DNA of 63,127 nt, the filler included, from Chiloscyllium plagiosum (lineage: Eukaryota), in assembly GCF_004010195.1 (NCBI RefSeq). It is 6 parts of one record of this genome, joined end to end, with 100 filler letters (N's around TTAATTAATTAA, not from the genome) between each part and the next. Parts side by side here need not be neighbours in the genome. Positions count along the whole stretch, not along the records: positions 1 to 16,552 come from NC_057716.1; positions 16,653 to 32,749 come from NC_057716.1; 4 more parts are not named here. One strand, given 5' to 3'. The notes beneath the pieces are model-generated. The model had not been told where the DNA came from, made no database searches, and worked only from the letters and a program-made list of their open reading frames with translations. Positions 12,504 through 26,117 of the stretch are shown here, one piece after another (positions within the stretch are counted from its first letter, which is position 1; every line of letters begins with the position of its first letter). The position numbers and the translations under genes were made by a program.

Positions 12504-13555
12504 GCTGCAGTTATACAGAGCCTTGGTGAGGCCACACCTTGAGTATTGTGTGCAGTTTTGGTATCCCAATCTGAGGAAGGACATTTTTGTTATTGAGGGA
12601 GTCCAGCAAAGGTTTACCAGACTGATTCCCAGGATGGCTGGACTGACATATGAGGTCGAATGGGCTTGTATTTACTGGAATTTAAAAGAATGAGGGGGGA
12701 TCTCATAGAGACATATAAAATCCTGATGGGACTGGACAGGCTAGATATAGGAAGAATGTTCCCAATGTTGGGGAAGTCCAGACAAGGGGTCACAGTTTAA
12801 GAATAAGGGATGAGCCATTCAGGACTGAGATGAGGTAGCATTTCTTCAGTGAGAGAGTTGTGAACATGTGGAATTCTCTCCCACAGGAACCTGTTGGGGC
12901 CAGTTCGTTAGATAGACTCTGGAGAAAGCTGGATGTGGTCCTTGTGGCTAATGGGATCAAGGGGTATGAGGAGAGTGTGGGAATGGGATATTGAGATTGC
13001 ATCATCAGCTGTGATCATATTGAATGGTGCAGGTTTGAAGGGCTGAATGGCCTACTCCTGCACCGATTTTCTATGTGTCTATGTTTAAGGGGTCTTACTG
13101 TCTCTCTAATTACTCTTTAATCCTTAATGTATTTGTAGAATCCTATTGGAGTCTTCTTAACCCTATGAGGCAAAGCTATCTCATGGCCTCTTTTTGCCAT
13201 CCTGATTTCCCTCTTAAGTATACTCCTACTGCCTTTATACTCTTCTAAGGATCGACCTGATCCCTGTTGTCTATATCTGACACATGCTTCTTTCTTATTC
13301 TTGACCAAAATCTCAATTTCTCTAGTTATCCAGTATTCCCTACACCTACCAGCCTTGCCCTTCATCCTAACAGGAACAACTTGTCTCTGGCACCTCATTA
13401 TCTCATTTCTGACGGCTGCAGTGCAGCTACATAAGATAATAAAAAAAGGCGTATGGCATGCTTTTGCCTTCATTAGAAGGAGCATTGAGTATAAGGATAG
13501 ACAAGTTATCCTGCAGTTTTACAGATCTTCACTTAGACTCCACTTGGAATATTGA

Positions 13556-13680
13556 ATTGAAAAGTGTGGCATTGGAAAAGCACACTGGGTCAGGCAGCCT
13601 CCAAAGGGCAGGAGAGTCAATGTTTCGGCATAAGCCCTTCATCAGGAATGTGATGCATCTGCAGTCCTCACTTTCTCCTC
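13556..13680 (-). mobile_element. Short hammerhead-bearing element (degenerate, partly inverted)
   Basis: Reverse complement CCTGATGAAGGGCTTATGCCGAAACATTG; followed by the plus-strand family tail GCATCTGCAGTCCTCACTTTCTCC. Confidence 0.65.
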
Positions 13681-14485
13681 CACACTGGGAATATTGCATA
13701 CAGTTCTGGTCACCACACACTGCCAGAAGGATGTAGATGCTTTGGAGAGGGTACAGAAAAGGTTTACCAGGATGTTGCCTGGTCTGGGGGATTCTAGCCA
13801 TGGAGAAAGGTTGGATAAACTGGGTTTGTTTTCATTGGAATACAGGAGGTTGAAGGGGTGACCTGATAGAGGTTTATATGGGGGTGGGGTGGGGGCATAG
13901 ATCGAGGGAAAAGTATGAGCTTTTTTCCAGGGTGGAGAGGTCAATTACTAGGGACACAGATTCAAGGTGTGAGGGAAGAAGTTTAAAACATCTCACACAC
14001 CCCCAACCCTACCTTCACACCTGCAAACCCCCACAACCCCCACCCTGTCCCCACCCACTCACACCCCTCACCTTCACATCAACCCACCCCCCCTCAACTC
14101 TCTCTCTATTCCCTCCCCCCTCACAGGTTTTTCACACAAAGGGTACTGAGTGCCTGGAACGCGCTGCCAGAGGAGGTGGTGGAAGCAGACACAATAGCAG
14201 CATTCAAGAAGCACCTGGACAAACGCATAGATAGCAAGGGAATAGAGGGATACGGACCCTGTAGTGAAGACTGTTTTTGTATGGAAGGGCAAAAGGTGTC
14301 AGCGCAGGCCTGGAGGGTCAAAGGGCCTGTTCCTTTGCTGTGTTCTTTGTTCTAACAAGGAACACTCTCAGGACAGGGACAGCACAGGGTTAGATACAGA
14401 GTAAAGCTCCCTCTACACTGTCCCCCATCAAACACTCCCAGGACAGGGACAGTACAGAGTTAGATACAGAGTAAAGCTCCCTCTA

Positions 14486-16081
14486 GGGTGTAGGTTTGCT
14501 CGCTGAGCTGTAGGTTTGATATCCAGACATTTCATTACCCAGCTACGTAACATCATCAGTGGCGACCTCCAAGTGAAGCGAAGCTGTTGTCTCCTGCTTT
14601 CTATTTGTATCCTTCTCCTGGATGGGGTTCTTGGGCTTTGTGGTGATGTCATTTCCTGTTCGTTTTCTGAGGGGTTGATAGATGGCATCGAGATCTATGT
14701 GTTTGTTTATGGCGTTGTGGTTGGAGTGCCAGGCCTCTAGGAATTCTCTGGCATGCCTTTGCTTAGCCTGTCCCAGGATAGATGTGTTGTCCCAGTCGAA
14801 ATGGTGGCTTTTTTCACCCGTGTGAGAGAGGGTCGTGTCTTTTTGTGGCTAGCTGGTGTTCGTGTATCCTGATGGCTAACTTTCTTCCTGTTGGCCCTAC
14901 GTAGTGTTTGTGGCAGTCCTTGCATGGAATTTTGTAGATGACGTTGGTTTTGGCTATGGGTTGTACTGGGTGTTAAGTTTGTTAGTTTTTGTTTGTGTGT
15001 GTTGGTGGGTTTGTGTGCTACTAGGATTCCGAGGGGTCTTAGTAGTCTGGCTGTCAGTTCTGGAACTTCTTTGATGTATGGTAAGGTGGTTAGGGTTTCT
15101 GGCTGTGTTTGGTCTGCTTGTTGTGGTTTTTTCTTGAGGAATCTGCAGACTGTATTTTTTGAGTATCCGTTCTTCTTGAATACGTTGTATAGGTGGTTCT
15201 CCTCTGTTTTCCGAAGTTCGTCTGTGCTGCAGTGTGTGGTGGCTCGTTGGAATAGTGTTCTGATACAGCTTTGTTTGTGTGTGTTGGGATGGTTACTGGT
15301 GTAGTTGAGTATTTGGTCAGTGTTTGTCAGTTTTCTGTATACGCAGGTTTGTGGTTCTCCGTTGTCTGTTCTTTTGACTGTGACGTCCAGGAATGCGAGT
15401 TTGTTGTCGGTTTCTTCCTCCTTGGTGAACTTTATGCCTGTGAGGGTGTTGTTGATGATGTTAAATGTCTCTTCTATCTTGTTTCGTTTTGTGATGACAA
15501 ATGTATCATCTACGTAGCAGACCCAGTTAACTAACAAACTTAAAAGACCCAGTACATCCCATGGACAAAACCAACGTCGTCTACAAAATTCCACAATCTA
15601 CCACAAACACTACATAGGACAAACAGGAAGAAAGTTAGCTATCAGGATACACGAACACCAGCTAGCCACAAGAAGACACGACCCTCTCTCCCCCGTAGCC
15701 CTACATACGTATGAAAAAAACCACCAATTCGACTGGGACAACACATCTATCCTGGGACAAGCTAAGCAAAGGTATGCCAGAGAATTCCTAGAGGCCTGGC
15801 ACTCCAACCACAATGCCATAAACAAACACATATACCTAGATGCCATCTATCAACCCCTCAGAAAACGAACAGGAAATGACATCACCACAAACCCCAGGAA
15901 CCCCATCCAGGACAAACATATAAATAAAAGCAGGAGACAACAGCTTCGCTTCACTTGGAGGTCGCCACTGATGATGTTACCTAGCCAGGTAATGAAACGT
16001 CTGGATATCAAACCTACAGCTCAGCGAGCAAACCTACACTCTAAACCTCAACCTGAGCTACAAACCTTCACAAACCTTGCA
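14486..16081. mobile_element. Penelope-like element with inverted structure (minus arm ~14486-15522, plus arm ~15528-16081)
   Basis: ORF 14737..15594(-) YVDDTFV, LAFLDV, SNHP; plus arm encodes the GIY-YIG tail; 13-bp TSD AAAGCTCCCTCTA at 14473-14485 and 16082-16094. Confidence 0.9.
15964..16005 (+). ncRNA. Minimal type-I hammerhead ribozyme motif in the PLE terminal repeat
   Basis: CCA-CTGATGA-T-GTTACCT-AGCC-AGGTAAT-GAAACGTC-TGG: catalytic core, 7-bp stem II, stem I CCA/TGG. Confidence 0.75.
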
Positions 16082-16552
16082 AAAGCTCCCTCTACATTGT
16101 CCCCCATCAAACACTCCCAGGACAGGGACAGTACAAGGTTAGATAGAGAATACTCACAGCCACATGATGCTCAGATCAATCATGAAGGGACTCCCTTTGA
16201 GGCCCCTGCTTGTCATTCGGTTGCCTCATTCCCCACATTTTTTCATCCCTCTCTTGAATTCAGTCGCAGATTAAAATGGGGAACCCAACCTCTCACTGTT
16301 CCCCTTCCCCCAAGGTATCCTGCAGCTGCTCTGTGACACTCTGCAGCCTTGCTCTAGGGATGGAACTCTGTCCAGGAATCACAGTGACAGCCTCAGAAAC
16401 AGGGGACGGGGAGGGGGAGGTCGGGAAGAGGAGAGACGTTGACAGGAAGGTGGGAAAGAGAAGGAGGGGAAGAGGAGGGGGAAAGGGGGGGAAGAGGAGG
16501 GATGGAAGAGGAAGGGGAGAGGAGGGGGGAAATGGGGAATGAGGGGGTGAGG

Positions 16553-16652
16553 NNNNNNNNNNNNNNNNNNNNNNNNNNNNNNNNNNNNNNNNNNNNTTAA
16601 TTAATTAANNNNNNNNNNNNNNNNNNNNNNNNNNNNNNNNNNNNNNNNNNNN
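16553..16652. other. Artificial contig-join spacer (44N-TTAATTAATTAA-44N); same at 32750-32849, 44576-44675, 51796-51895, 58411-58510
   Basis: Identical 100-nt construct five times; the 12-mer has stop codons in all six frames. Confidence 0.95.
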
Positions 16653-18734
16653 GAAGGCGGAGGTAAATCGATTGTGTTAGGGAAGAGTTTTCAGGGGTAC
16701 GCAGAAATATTAATGTGAGGTAAAAAAAATCAATCATCAGATCTTTATGAATGGGATAGCAGGTTCTAGGGGGCCAAATGGCCTACCCCTGCTCTTCGCT
16801 TGGATGCTCACAAATACGGTTTGAACACATTTCACAGATCACCTCATTTTACCACCTCACAGAATTACACAATCTCTGTCTCATTGCACTGAAGTCAGCC
16901 ATATCTGAATCTAGAATCCTCAGAGATGAGATTTTTCTCTTTTATTTTTCTCCATCTTTCTCTTTTCAACTGCTAAACTCAATCATATGATTAGTATTGA
17001 ATAAATGTTGGAACACTTTTGAAATTCATTCCTTTTCTGAGTTGCATTGTCCTTTTTATCCCGTTCAGGACAGTGCCTCCAACAGGGCAGAACTCCAGGT
17101 TAGGCCACACTGGATCCGTGGTTCATGGCCCTGGAGTGGGATTTGCCTCTGAGGGAGAAGGTGGTGAGGTCATGGGTGCTGCATGTCAAGCAACACCAGA
17201 GACTATTCTGATTGGCACATGACAGCTCTTTGAGGATGTTGGTGGGGCTTCTTCCAGCGTACAGTGTCCAGTTCTGGTCGCTCTGTTATAGGAAAGATAC
17301 TATTTAGCTGGAGAGGATTCAGAAAAGATTTACCAGGATGTTGCCAGGAATGAAGGGTTTGAGTTATAAGAAGAGGTTGGATAGGCTGGAGTGCAGGAGG
17401 ATGAGACCTTACCGAGGTTTATAAAATCCTGAGGGGTATAAATAAGGTGAATGAAAGTTGTCTTTTTCCCTAGGATGGGGGATTTCAAGACTAGGGGACA
17501 TATGCTAAGGTGAGAGAAGAGAGATCTTAAAAAAGGACATGGGGGCAATTTTCTTTAAACAGAGAGTGGTTCATGTGTGGAATGAACTTCCAGAGGAAGT
17601 GGTGGGTTTAGGTACAGTTACAATATTTAAAAGGCATTTGAATAAATACTTGAATAAGAAATGTTTGTAGGAATTATGGGCCAAGTGCAGGCAGGTGGGA
17701 TGAGTTTATTTTGAGATTATGGTCGACTTTGACTAGTTTCTGTTCTGTATGACTCTATGATCACCGTGCCTATACCCAATGTGCACTTAATCCTCCATTT
17801 TTACACTGAGTTTACAGCTGCAACAAAGAGACAGAACACAACTTCCACGAAAAGTTTAAATCCTCTCCTATTTTTATTCTATCTGTTATGTCCCTATTGC
17901 CGACGTACCTTCCATGTCATTGTCTCTTTGCATGGAGGTGGTTTCATCATTAATAACTACACCAACTCCATCTTTGTCATTTTTTTGGATTTTCCTAAGG
18001 AATGTTCAAAAAGAGGTATACTCAGTCCTGGTTTCAGACTGTCCTGTAGCTGTGTCTCAGTAATGGCTCCCATGGTGATTGCTTAAAATTAAGAGGTCAT
18101 CCATTTAAGACACACGAGTCAAAATGTTTTATCTTTGAGTCTTCAGAGTTCTCTTTCTGAAAAGACAGTGGCAGCAGAGTTCTTGAATATTTTTAAGGTA
18201 GAGGGGGATCAAGCAGTTGGGGTGAAAGATTACTCTACATTCCTGCTTAACCCAAAATCAGAGCAGCCATGTTCTTACTGAATGGCAGATCAGTATCAAG
18301 GAACTGATATGAACATAAGGACTAGGAGCAGGAGTAGACAATTCAGCACTTTGAGCCTGCTCCGCCATTCAATATGATCATGGCTGATCTTATCTTGGCC
18401 TCAAAACCATTTTCCTGCGCATTCCCCCTCACACTTTACTAATTAAAAATCAATCTCCTCAAATGTATTAATTGTCCTGGAGTCCACCACACTCTGGGCA
18501 GTGAATTTCACAGATTCATGACCCTTTGAGAGAAGCAATTCCTCCTCATCTGTTTTAGCTCAAAATTATGACCTCTCATCATAGATGGACCCACAAGGGG
18601 AAACTCTCCTGCTCCTAATTCACATGGATAATCCCTGGAACGGAAGGATTGGCTTATGAGCTAAGGCTAAACAGGCTGGGACTCTGTTCACCGCAGTTGA
18701 GAAGAATGAGGGGAGATCTCATTGAAACACAAGA

Positions 18735-20230
18735 TTAGAACATGGAACATTACAGCACAATACAGGCCCTTCGGCCCTCAATATGTATGTCTAATGCCTA
18801 TTTAAATGCCCTTAACGTCGACAAGTCTATCGCTGTTGCAGCTAGGTCATTCCATACTAAGCTCGGAGTAAAGAAACTACCCCTGATATCTGTTTTAAAT
18901 CTATCATCCCTCAATTTAAATCTGTGTCCGCTTGTGTTAGCCTTCACCATCTGAGGAAAAAGGCTCTCTGTCCACCCTATCAAACCGTCTGATTATCCTA
19001 CATGTCTCGATTAAGTCACCTCTCAACCTTCTTGTCTCCAACGAAAACAGCCCGAGTTTCCTCAGCCTTTCCTCGTAAGACCTTCTTTCCATACTAGGCA
19101 ACATCCTGGTAAATCTCCTCTGAACCTTGGCCAAAGCTTCCACATCATTCCTATAATGCGGTGACCAGAACTGTACGCAATACTCCAGGTGCGGCCTTAC
19201 CTGTGTCTTGTACATGACCTTGTGGCTCCTAAACTCAAAACCCCTGCCAATAAACACCAACACCATATGCCTCCTTAACAACCCTATCAACCTGGGTGGC
19301 AACTATCAGGGATTTATGTACCAGGACACCGAGATCTCTGTGTTCATCTACACTGTCAAGAATTTTACCATTAGCCCAGCACTCTGCATTCCTGTAACTT
19401 CTTCCGAAGTGAACTACCTCACACTTTTCCGCATTAAACTCCATTTGCCACTTCTCAACCCAGCTCTGCATCTTATCAATGTCCCGCTGTAACCCACAAC
19501 ATCTTTCCGCACTATCCACAACTCTGCCTACCTTAGTATCATCTGCAAATTTACTAACCCATCCTTCTACACTCGCATCCAGATCATTTATAAAAACGAC
19601 AAACAGCAGTGGCCCCAAAACAGATCCTTGCAGTGCTCCACTGTTAGGTGGCTCCAGGATGACCATTTCCCATCAACCACCACCCTCTGTCTTCTTTCAG
19701 CAAGCCAATTTCTGATCCAAGCCACTAAATCACCTTCAATCCCGAAACTTTTTATTTTGTGCAATAGCCAATCATGGGGAACCTTATCAAACGCCTTACT
19801 GAAGTCCAGATATACCACATCAACTGCCTTACCTTCACCCACATGTTTTGTCACCTTCTCAAAAAACTCAATAAGATAATTGATGCATTACCTACCTTTC
19901 ACAAAACCGTGTTGACTATCCTTAATCAAATTATTCCTTTCCAGGTGGTTATAAATCCTATCTCTTATAACCTTTTCCTACACCTTACCCACAACCAAAG
20001 TAAGGTTCACTGGCCTATAATTAACAGGGTTGTCTCAACTCCCCTTCCTGAACAATGGAACAACATTTGCCATCCTCCAGTCTTCTGGCACTACTCCTAT
20101 TGACAATGATGACATAAAGATCAAAGCCAAAGGCTCTGTAATCTCCTCCCTGCCTTCCCAGAGAATCCAATAATAAATCCCATCTGGCCCAGGAGTCTTA
20201 TCTATTTTCAAATCTTCCAAAATTGCTAAA
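18735..20230 (-). mobile_element. CR1-clade LINE RT to 3' end
   Basis: ORFs 19588..19854, 19235..19666, 18937..19302(-): DFSKAFDKVPH, LQGSVLGPLLF, FADDTK. Confidence 0.9.
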
Positions 20231-20534
20231 TTCTCTTAAGGGGCCTGACAAGGTAAATGTTTCCCCTCATGGGAGATTCTGGGGCCAGAATTAAGGGGCA
20301 TCATTTTAAGACTAAGATGAGGAAGGATTTCTTCTTTCAGAGGATTGAGGGTCATTGGAACTCCAGGTGCGGTGGCCCTTCTTCAGAACTGATTGCAGCT
20401 GAGAAAATGTTGGTATATATGCTAAAGGAGGAGGGGTGGGAGTGGAGATAAACCTAGACAGAGAGAAAAGCAGAGAGTGTGGTGCTGGAAAAGCATAGCA
20501 GGTCAGGCAGCATCTAAAAAGCAGGATAGTTTTA

Positions 20535-21640
20535 TCATGGACTTTAGCAAGGCAAGGTTCCCCATGGTCGGCTCATGGGATGGGATATGGGGAGATTTGG
20601 CTATCTGGATTCAGAATTGGTTGGCTGACAGAAGGCAGAGAGTGGTTGTAGATGGAAAGTATTCTGCCTGGAGGTCAGTGTTGAGTGGTGTCCCGCAGGG
20701 CTCTGTTCCTGGGCTTCTGCCCTTTGTAGTTTTTATGAATGGCTTAGATGAGGTGGTTATGGGGTGGGTTAGTAAATTTGCAGATGACACAAAGGTTGGA
20801 GGTGCCATTGTTAGTATCGAGGGCATTTGCAGACTGCTGCGCGACATAGACAGGATGCAGAGCTGGGCTGAGAAATGCAGATGGAGTTCAACCTGGATAA
20901 ATGCGATGTGGTGCAACTCAAATACTGAATATAGGATTAAAGACAGGATTCTTGGCAGTGTTGTTCAAGTACATAGATCCCTCAAAGTTGCCACCCAAGT
21001 GGATAGGGTTGTTAAGAAAGCATATGATGTTTTGGCTTTCATTAATAGGGGGATCGAGTTTAAGAGCTGCGAGGTTTTACTACAGCTCTACAAGTCCCTG
21101 GTGAGACCACACTTGCAATATTGTGTCCAGTTATGGTCACCCTACTATAGGAAAGATACAGAGGCTTTGGAGAGGGTGCAAAGAAGGTTTACCAGGATGC
21201 TGCCTGGACTGGAGGGTTTGTCTTACAGAGAGGTTGACTAAGCTCAGATTTTTCTCTCTGGAGAGAAGGAGGTACAGAGGTGACCTGACCGAGGTATACA
21301 AAGCAATGAGAGGCATGGATAGAGTCAATAGCCAGAGACTTGTCCCCAGGACAGGATTGACTGGCACGAGGGGTCATAGTTTTAAGACATTAGGAGGAAG
21401 GTATAAAGGGGACAGAGGAAGGTTCTTCACGCAGAGAGTTGTGAATGCATGGAATGCGTTACCAGTGCTGGTGGTGGAAGCAGAGTCATTCGGGACATTT
21501 AAGCGACTGCTGGACATGCACATGGAGAGCAGTGAATTGAGGGGTGTGTAGGTTAAGTTACTTTATTTTACACTAGGATTAATCCTCGGCACAACATCGT
21601 GGACAAAAGGCCTGTTCTGTGCTGTACTTTTCTATGTTTA
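20535..21640 (+). mobile_element. CR1-clade LINE RT to 3' end
   Basis: ORF 20477..21241 SGVPQGSV, FADDTK, LVRPHLQYCVQ. Confidence 0.9.
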
Positions 21641-22114
21641 CATTAGCAATGGGCAGGGATAGGTATATACAGCAGGGAAAGAGATATAACTGGGGGAAAG
21701 GCAATTATGATGCGATGACACAAGATTTAGGATGCAGGGGATGGAGAAGGAAACTGCAGGGGATGGGCACACTTGAAATGTGGAGCTCATTCAAGGAACA
21801 GCTACTGTGGGCCCTTGATAAGTATATACCTATCAGGCGGGGAGAGGGAGCTGTGGTTTAATGAAGAAGTTGAAGCTCTTGTCAAGAGGAAGGAGGCAGC
21901 TCAATTAGGGGGCTTGAGAGTTATAAGTTAGCCAGAAAAGATCTAAAGAGAGGGCTAAGAAGAGCCAGGAGGAGACATGAGAAGTTGTTGGTGGATAGAA
22001 TCAAGGGAAATACTAAGGCGTTCTTAGAAGTATATCAGAATGTTGGGAGTTACAGAAGGACATAGATAAGATGCAGAGCTGGATGGAGAAATGGCAAGTG
22101 GAGTTTAATGCTGG

Positions 22115-22750
22115 TCGCTGAGCTGGAAGATTCATTTCCAGATGTTTTGTCACCCTACTAAGTAATATCTTCAGTGGGCCTCAGGCGAACAATGCTGGTA
22201 AGTCCTGCTTTCTATTTATGTGTTTGGGTTTCTTTGGGTTGGTGATGTCATTTCCTGTGGTGAAGTCACTTCCGTAGTCTCACTACCTGGAACACCAACT
22301 TACAGACTGGCCAAGGAGCGACATCAAACACTAAAACACTGAGTAGAAGCTCACGCCACTCCATTCACTCCACCCAAGGTTTCCTGAAGACCATCAAAGG
22401 CACATAGATAGATGAGGATGAAATAATGGTCTCCTTTGATGTGACAGCCCTGTTTACATCTATTAACATTAACCTGGCCAAGGAAACACTGACTACACTA
22501 TTAGAAGACCCAAAGACACACACACCAAACACCACCAACTTCATCAGTAGGTATAGTATCATCAAGCTAGTGTACTTATGCCTGACCACACACTTCACCT
22601 TCAACAACAGAACCTACAGACAAACTAATGGAACACCCATGGGATCTCCAATATCAGGGTCCTTAACAGAGGAAGTAATGCAGAGACTTGAACAAACAGC
22701 TTTGCCAAACATCCAACCCAAACTTTGGGTCCGCTACATTGATGACACCT
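22115..22750. mobile_element. Penelope-like fragment: inverted 3' end (~22115-22272, -) joined to RT fragment (~22275-22750, +)
   Basis: ORF 22426..22752 MVSFDVTALFTSI..QTNGTPMGSPIS..WVRYIDDT; degenerate hammerhead on the minus strand near 22140-22177. Confidence 0.75.
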
Positions 22751-23755
22751 AGAACAATGAACAAAGAAAATTTACAGCCCAGGAACAGTCCCTTTGGCCC
22801 TCCAAGTCTGAGCCGGTCCAAATCTACTGTCTAAACCTGTCGCCCAATTCCTAAGCATGGACGGGTTGGACCGAAGCAGGGTCTGTTTCCATGCTGTACA
22901 TCTCTATGACTCTACTCACGCTACTGTCCAGGCGCATCTTAAATGAACCTATCTTGCCTGCCTCTACCACCTCCACTGGCAACTTCTGTGTGAAGTACTT
23001 GCCGCATGTATCCCCCTTAAACTTTTCACCTCTCACCTTGAAAGCGTGACCTCTTGTTATTGAATCCTTCACCCTGGGAAAAAGCTCGTCTCTATCTACC
23101 CTGTCTACACCTTTCATGATTTTGTAAACCTCAATTACGTTCCCCCTTCAATCTCCTTTTTTCTAATGAATATAAGGATGCCATGAAGATATCTGTCAGG
23201 GCCCCAGCCATTTCCTCTCTCGGTTCCCTCAGCAACCTGGGATAGATCCCACCCGGTCCTGGGGATTTGTCCACCTTAATAACCTCTAGCCTTGCCAACA
23301 TACCTTCCCTAAGTATGCCAACGTGATCCAGACTAATCAAACTTCTATCTCTAATCTCAACATTCATCATGTCCCTCTCCTCAGTGAACACTGATGCAAA
23401 GTAATCATTCAGAATCTCATCCATTCTCTCAGGTTTGACACACAGCCTTCCTTCATTATCCTTTAGTGAACCAATCCTTTCTCTAGTTACCCACTTGCTT
23501 CTTATATAAGAAAATGCTTTGGCATTCTCCTTAATTCTGCTTGCTAAAGCTATTTCATGACACCTTTTAGCCTGCTTGATTCCTCGTTTAAGACTAGTCC
23601 TATATTCCTATGATATTCCTCCAGGGCCTGTTTTGTTCTTAGCTGCCTTGACATAGTGTACGCTTCCCTTTTCCTCTTGGCGAGTCGTACGATTTCTCCT
23701 GTCATCCACGGTTCACGAATTTTGCCTTTCCTATTCTTTGCCTTCAACGGGACAT

Positions 23756-23847
23756 TCCTGAAGAAGGGCTTATGCCCGCAACGTCGATTCTCCTGCTCCT
23801 TGGATGCTGCCTGACCTGCTGCGCTTTTCCAGCAACACATCTTTCAG
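23756..23847 (+). mobile_element. Short hammerhead-bearing element with mutated core (GCAA for GAAA)
   Basis: CTGAAGAAGGGCTTATGCCCGCAACGTC; TSD CTTCAA(C/A)GGGACAT at 23742-23755 and 23848-23861. Confidence 0.75.
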
Positions 23848-24030
23848 CTTCAAAGGGACATGCCTATCCTGCACTATCTTTAGCCTATCTTTGAAAGCCT
23901 CACAGATATCAAAAGTGGACTTCCCTTCAAATAACTGCCCCCAATCCATATTTCCCAGCTTCTGCCTAATTTTGATATAATTGACCTTGGCCCAGTTTAG
24001 CACTCTTCCCTTAGGACCATTCTCATCTTT

Positions 24031-24285
24031 GATTAGATTAAATTAGATTAGATTACGTACAGTGTGGAAACAGGCCCTTCGGCCCAACAAGTCCACACCA
24101 ACCTGCTGAAGCATAACCCACCCAGACCCATTCCCCTACATTTACCTCTGCACCTAACACTACGGGCAATTTAGCATGGCCAATTCACCTAACCTGCACA
24201 TTTTTGGACTGTGGGAGGAAACCGGAGCACCCGGAGGAAACCCACGCAGACACGGGGAGAATGTGCAAACTCCATACAGTCAGTC
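24031..24285 (-). mobile_element. HE1-type V-SINE, 5'-truncated
   Basis: (AGATT)n tail and SINE core in reverse complement. Confidence 0.8.
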
Positions 24286-25764
24286 GAGTATTCTAAAACT
24301 TACAGAATTGTGGTCACTGTTCCCAAAGAAATCCCCCACTGCAACTTCTACCACCTGTCCTAGCTCGTTCCCCAATACCAAGTCCAGTATGGCCCCTTCC
24401 CTCGTTGGACTATTGACATGCTGTTCTAGAAAACTCTCCTGGACGCTTCCTACAAATTCTACCCTATCCAGACCTCTGACACTGTGTATCCCAGTCAATG
24501 TTGGGAAAATTAAAATCTCCCATCATCACTACCCTGTTGCCTCTACATCTATTCATAATCTGTTTACCTATTTGTTCTTCTACCTCACGCTCACTGTTGG
24601 GAGGCCTGTAATACAGCCCCAACAATGTAACTGCATCCTTCTTATTTCTCAGCTCCACCCATAATGCCTCACTACCTAAGCCCTCCATAGCGTCCTCCTT
24701 TAGCACAGCCGTGATATCGTCCCTGACCATCAATGCAACTCCACCCCACCCCACCCCGTCCTGTCTGAAGAATCTATATCCTGGAACATTTAATTGCCAA
24801 TCATCATGCCCTTCCTTCAGCCAAGTCTCTGTGATCACAATAACGTCATACTCCCAGGCACCAATCCAAACCCTAAGTTCATCTGCCTTACACACTATAC
24901 TCCTTGCATTAAAGTAGATACATTTCAGGCCACCAGTTCTTTTGCGTTCATCTGCTCTCTGCCTATTCTTCCCTTTATTAATATTATCTTCATAATTCTT
25001 ACAGTCTCCAGTCTCCACCTCGCTGCCTAATTGTCTTCTCTTCTGGCTCCCAGCCCCCTGCTACATTAGTTTAAAACCTCCCCAACAGCAGTAGCAAAAA
25101 CTCCCCCAAGGACATTGGTTCTGGTCTGGTTCAGATGTAGACCATCCATTTTGTAATAGTCCCACCTTCCCCAGAACCAGTCCCAATGTCCAACAAATCT
25201 GAACCCCTCCCTCCTACACCATCTCTCAAGCCACGTGTCCATCCTGCCTATTTTTTCATTTCTACCCTGGCTAGCACATGGCACTGGTAATAATCCCGAG
25301 ATCACTACCTTTGAGGTCCTCCTCTTTAACTTCTCTCCTAGCTCCGTGAATTCTTCTTTCAAGACCTCATCTCGTTTTTCACTTATATCGTTGGTGCCTA
25401 TATGCACCAAGACAACTGACTGTTCACCCTACCCTTTTAGAATACTCTGTAGCCGATCAGTGACATCCCTGACCCAATCACCTGCGAGGCAACATACCAT
25501 CCTGGAGTCCTGTTTTCGGCCACAGAACCACCTATCTACTCCCCTCACAATAGAATCCCCTATGACTGTGGCCCTATGAGTCTTTTTCCCACCCTTCTGA
25601 AAAGTAGTACCATGATCTCTGCTGCCCTCTCCTGGTGAGCCATCTCCCTCAACAGTATCCAAAACGGTATACCTGTTTTGGAGGGATATGACCATAGGGG
25701 ATACCTGCACTGCCTACCTACTCTTTTGCTGCCTTTTGGTCAACCATTCACTGTATCCCACTGA

Positions 25765-26117
25765 CTTTTGTCATCAATAAATGAAACAAATTAGAGGAAA
25801 TCTTCAAGACCATCAATAATACTCTTACTGGCATAACATTCACTAAAGAGGAGGAAAACAACAACTAACTGCCATTCCTAGATGTCACAGTACAGTGAAC
25901 AGCCAATGGGGAACTTCAAACCAGTATCTACAGGAAAACAACACATATGGGCCAAATATTGAACTACAGAAGCAATCATCCCAAAACCCACAAACAAAGC
26001 TGCATGAGAACATTATTCCAAAGAGCAAACACACACTGCAGCACAGAGGAACTATGCAGAGCAGAGGAAAATCACTTTTACCGAGTATTCAAAAAGAATG
26101 GGTACCCAATGAACACA
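25765..26117 (+). mobile_element. Penelope-like RT fragment
   Basis: ORF 25947..26159 QILNYRSNHPKTHKQSCMRTLF matches the 26834 ORF family. Confidence 0.75.

Larger units (their letters stand above)
10840..13085 (+). mobile_element. CR1-clade LINE RT/3' remnants with nested SINEs
   Basis: [40 protein letters not shown] in short ORFs; boundaries approximate. Confidence 0.75.
22751..25760 (-). mobile_element. CR1-clade LINE, internally deleted: ORF1 esterase, APE endonuclease, RT start, 3' tail
   Basis: 25429..25710 VIGDSIVRG; 25066..25410 HIGTND; 24464..25018 YFNARSI, ITETWL, YYRPP, MGDFNFP; 23131..23424 KSPGPGGIYP. Confidence 0.85.

Noticed and set aside
16400..16552. Purine/G-rich tract (also the C-rich tract 13990-14120)
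   Set aside because: Low-complexity sequence, the first next to a gap; nothing supports function
16597..16608. TTAATTAATTAA palindrome recurring five times
   Set aside because: Always centred in 44N+44N; an artificial contig spacer, not biology
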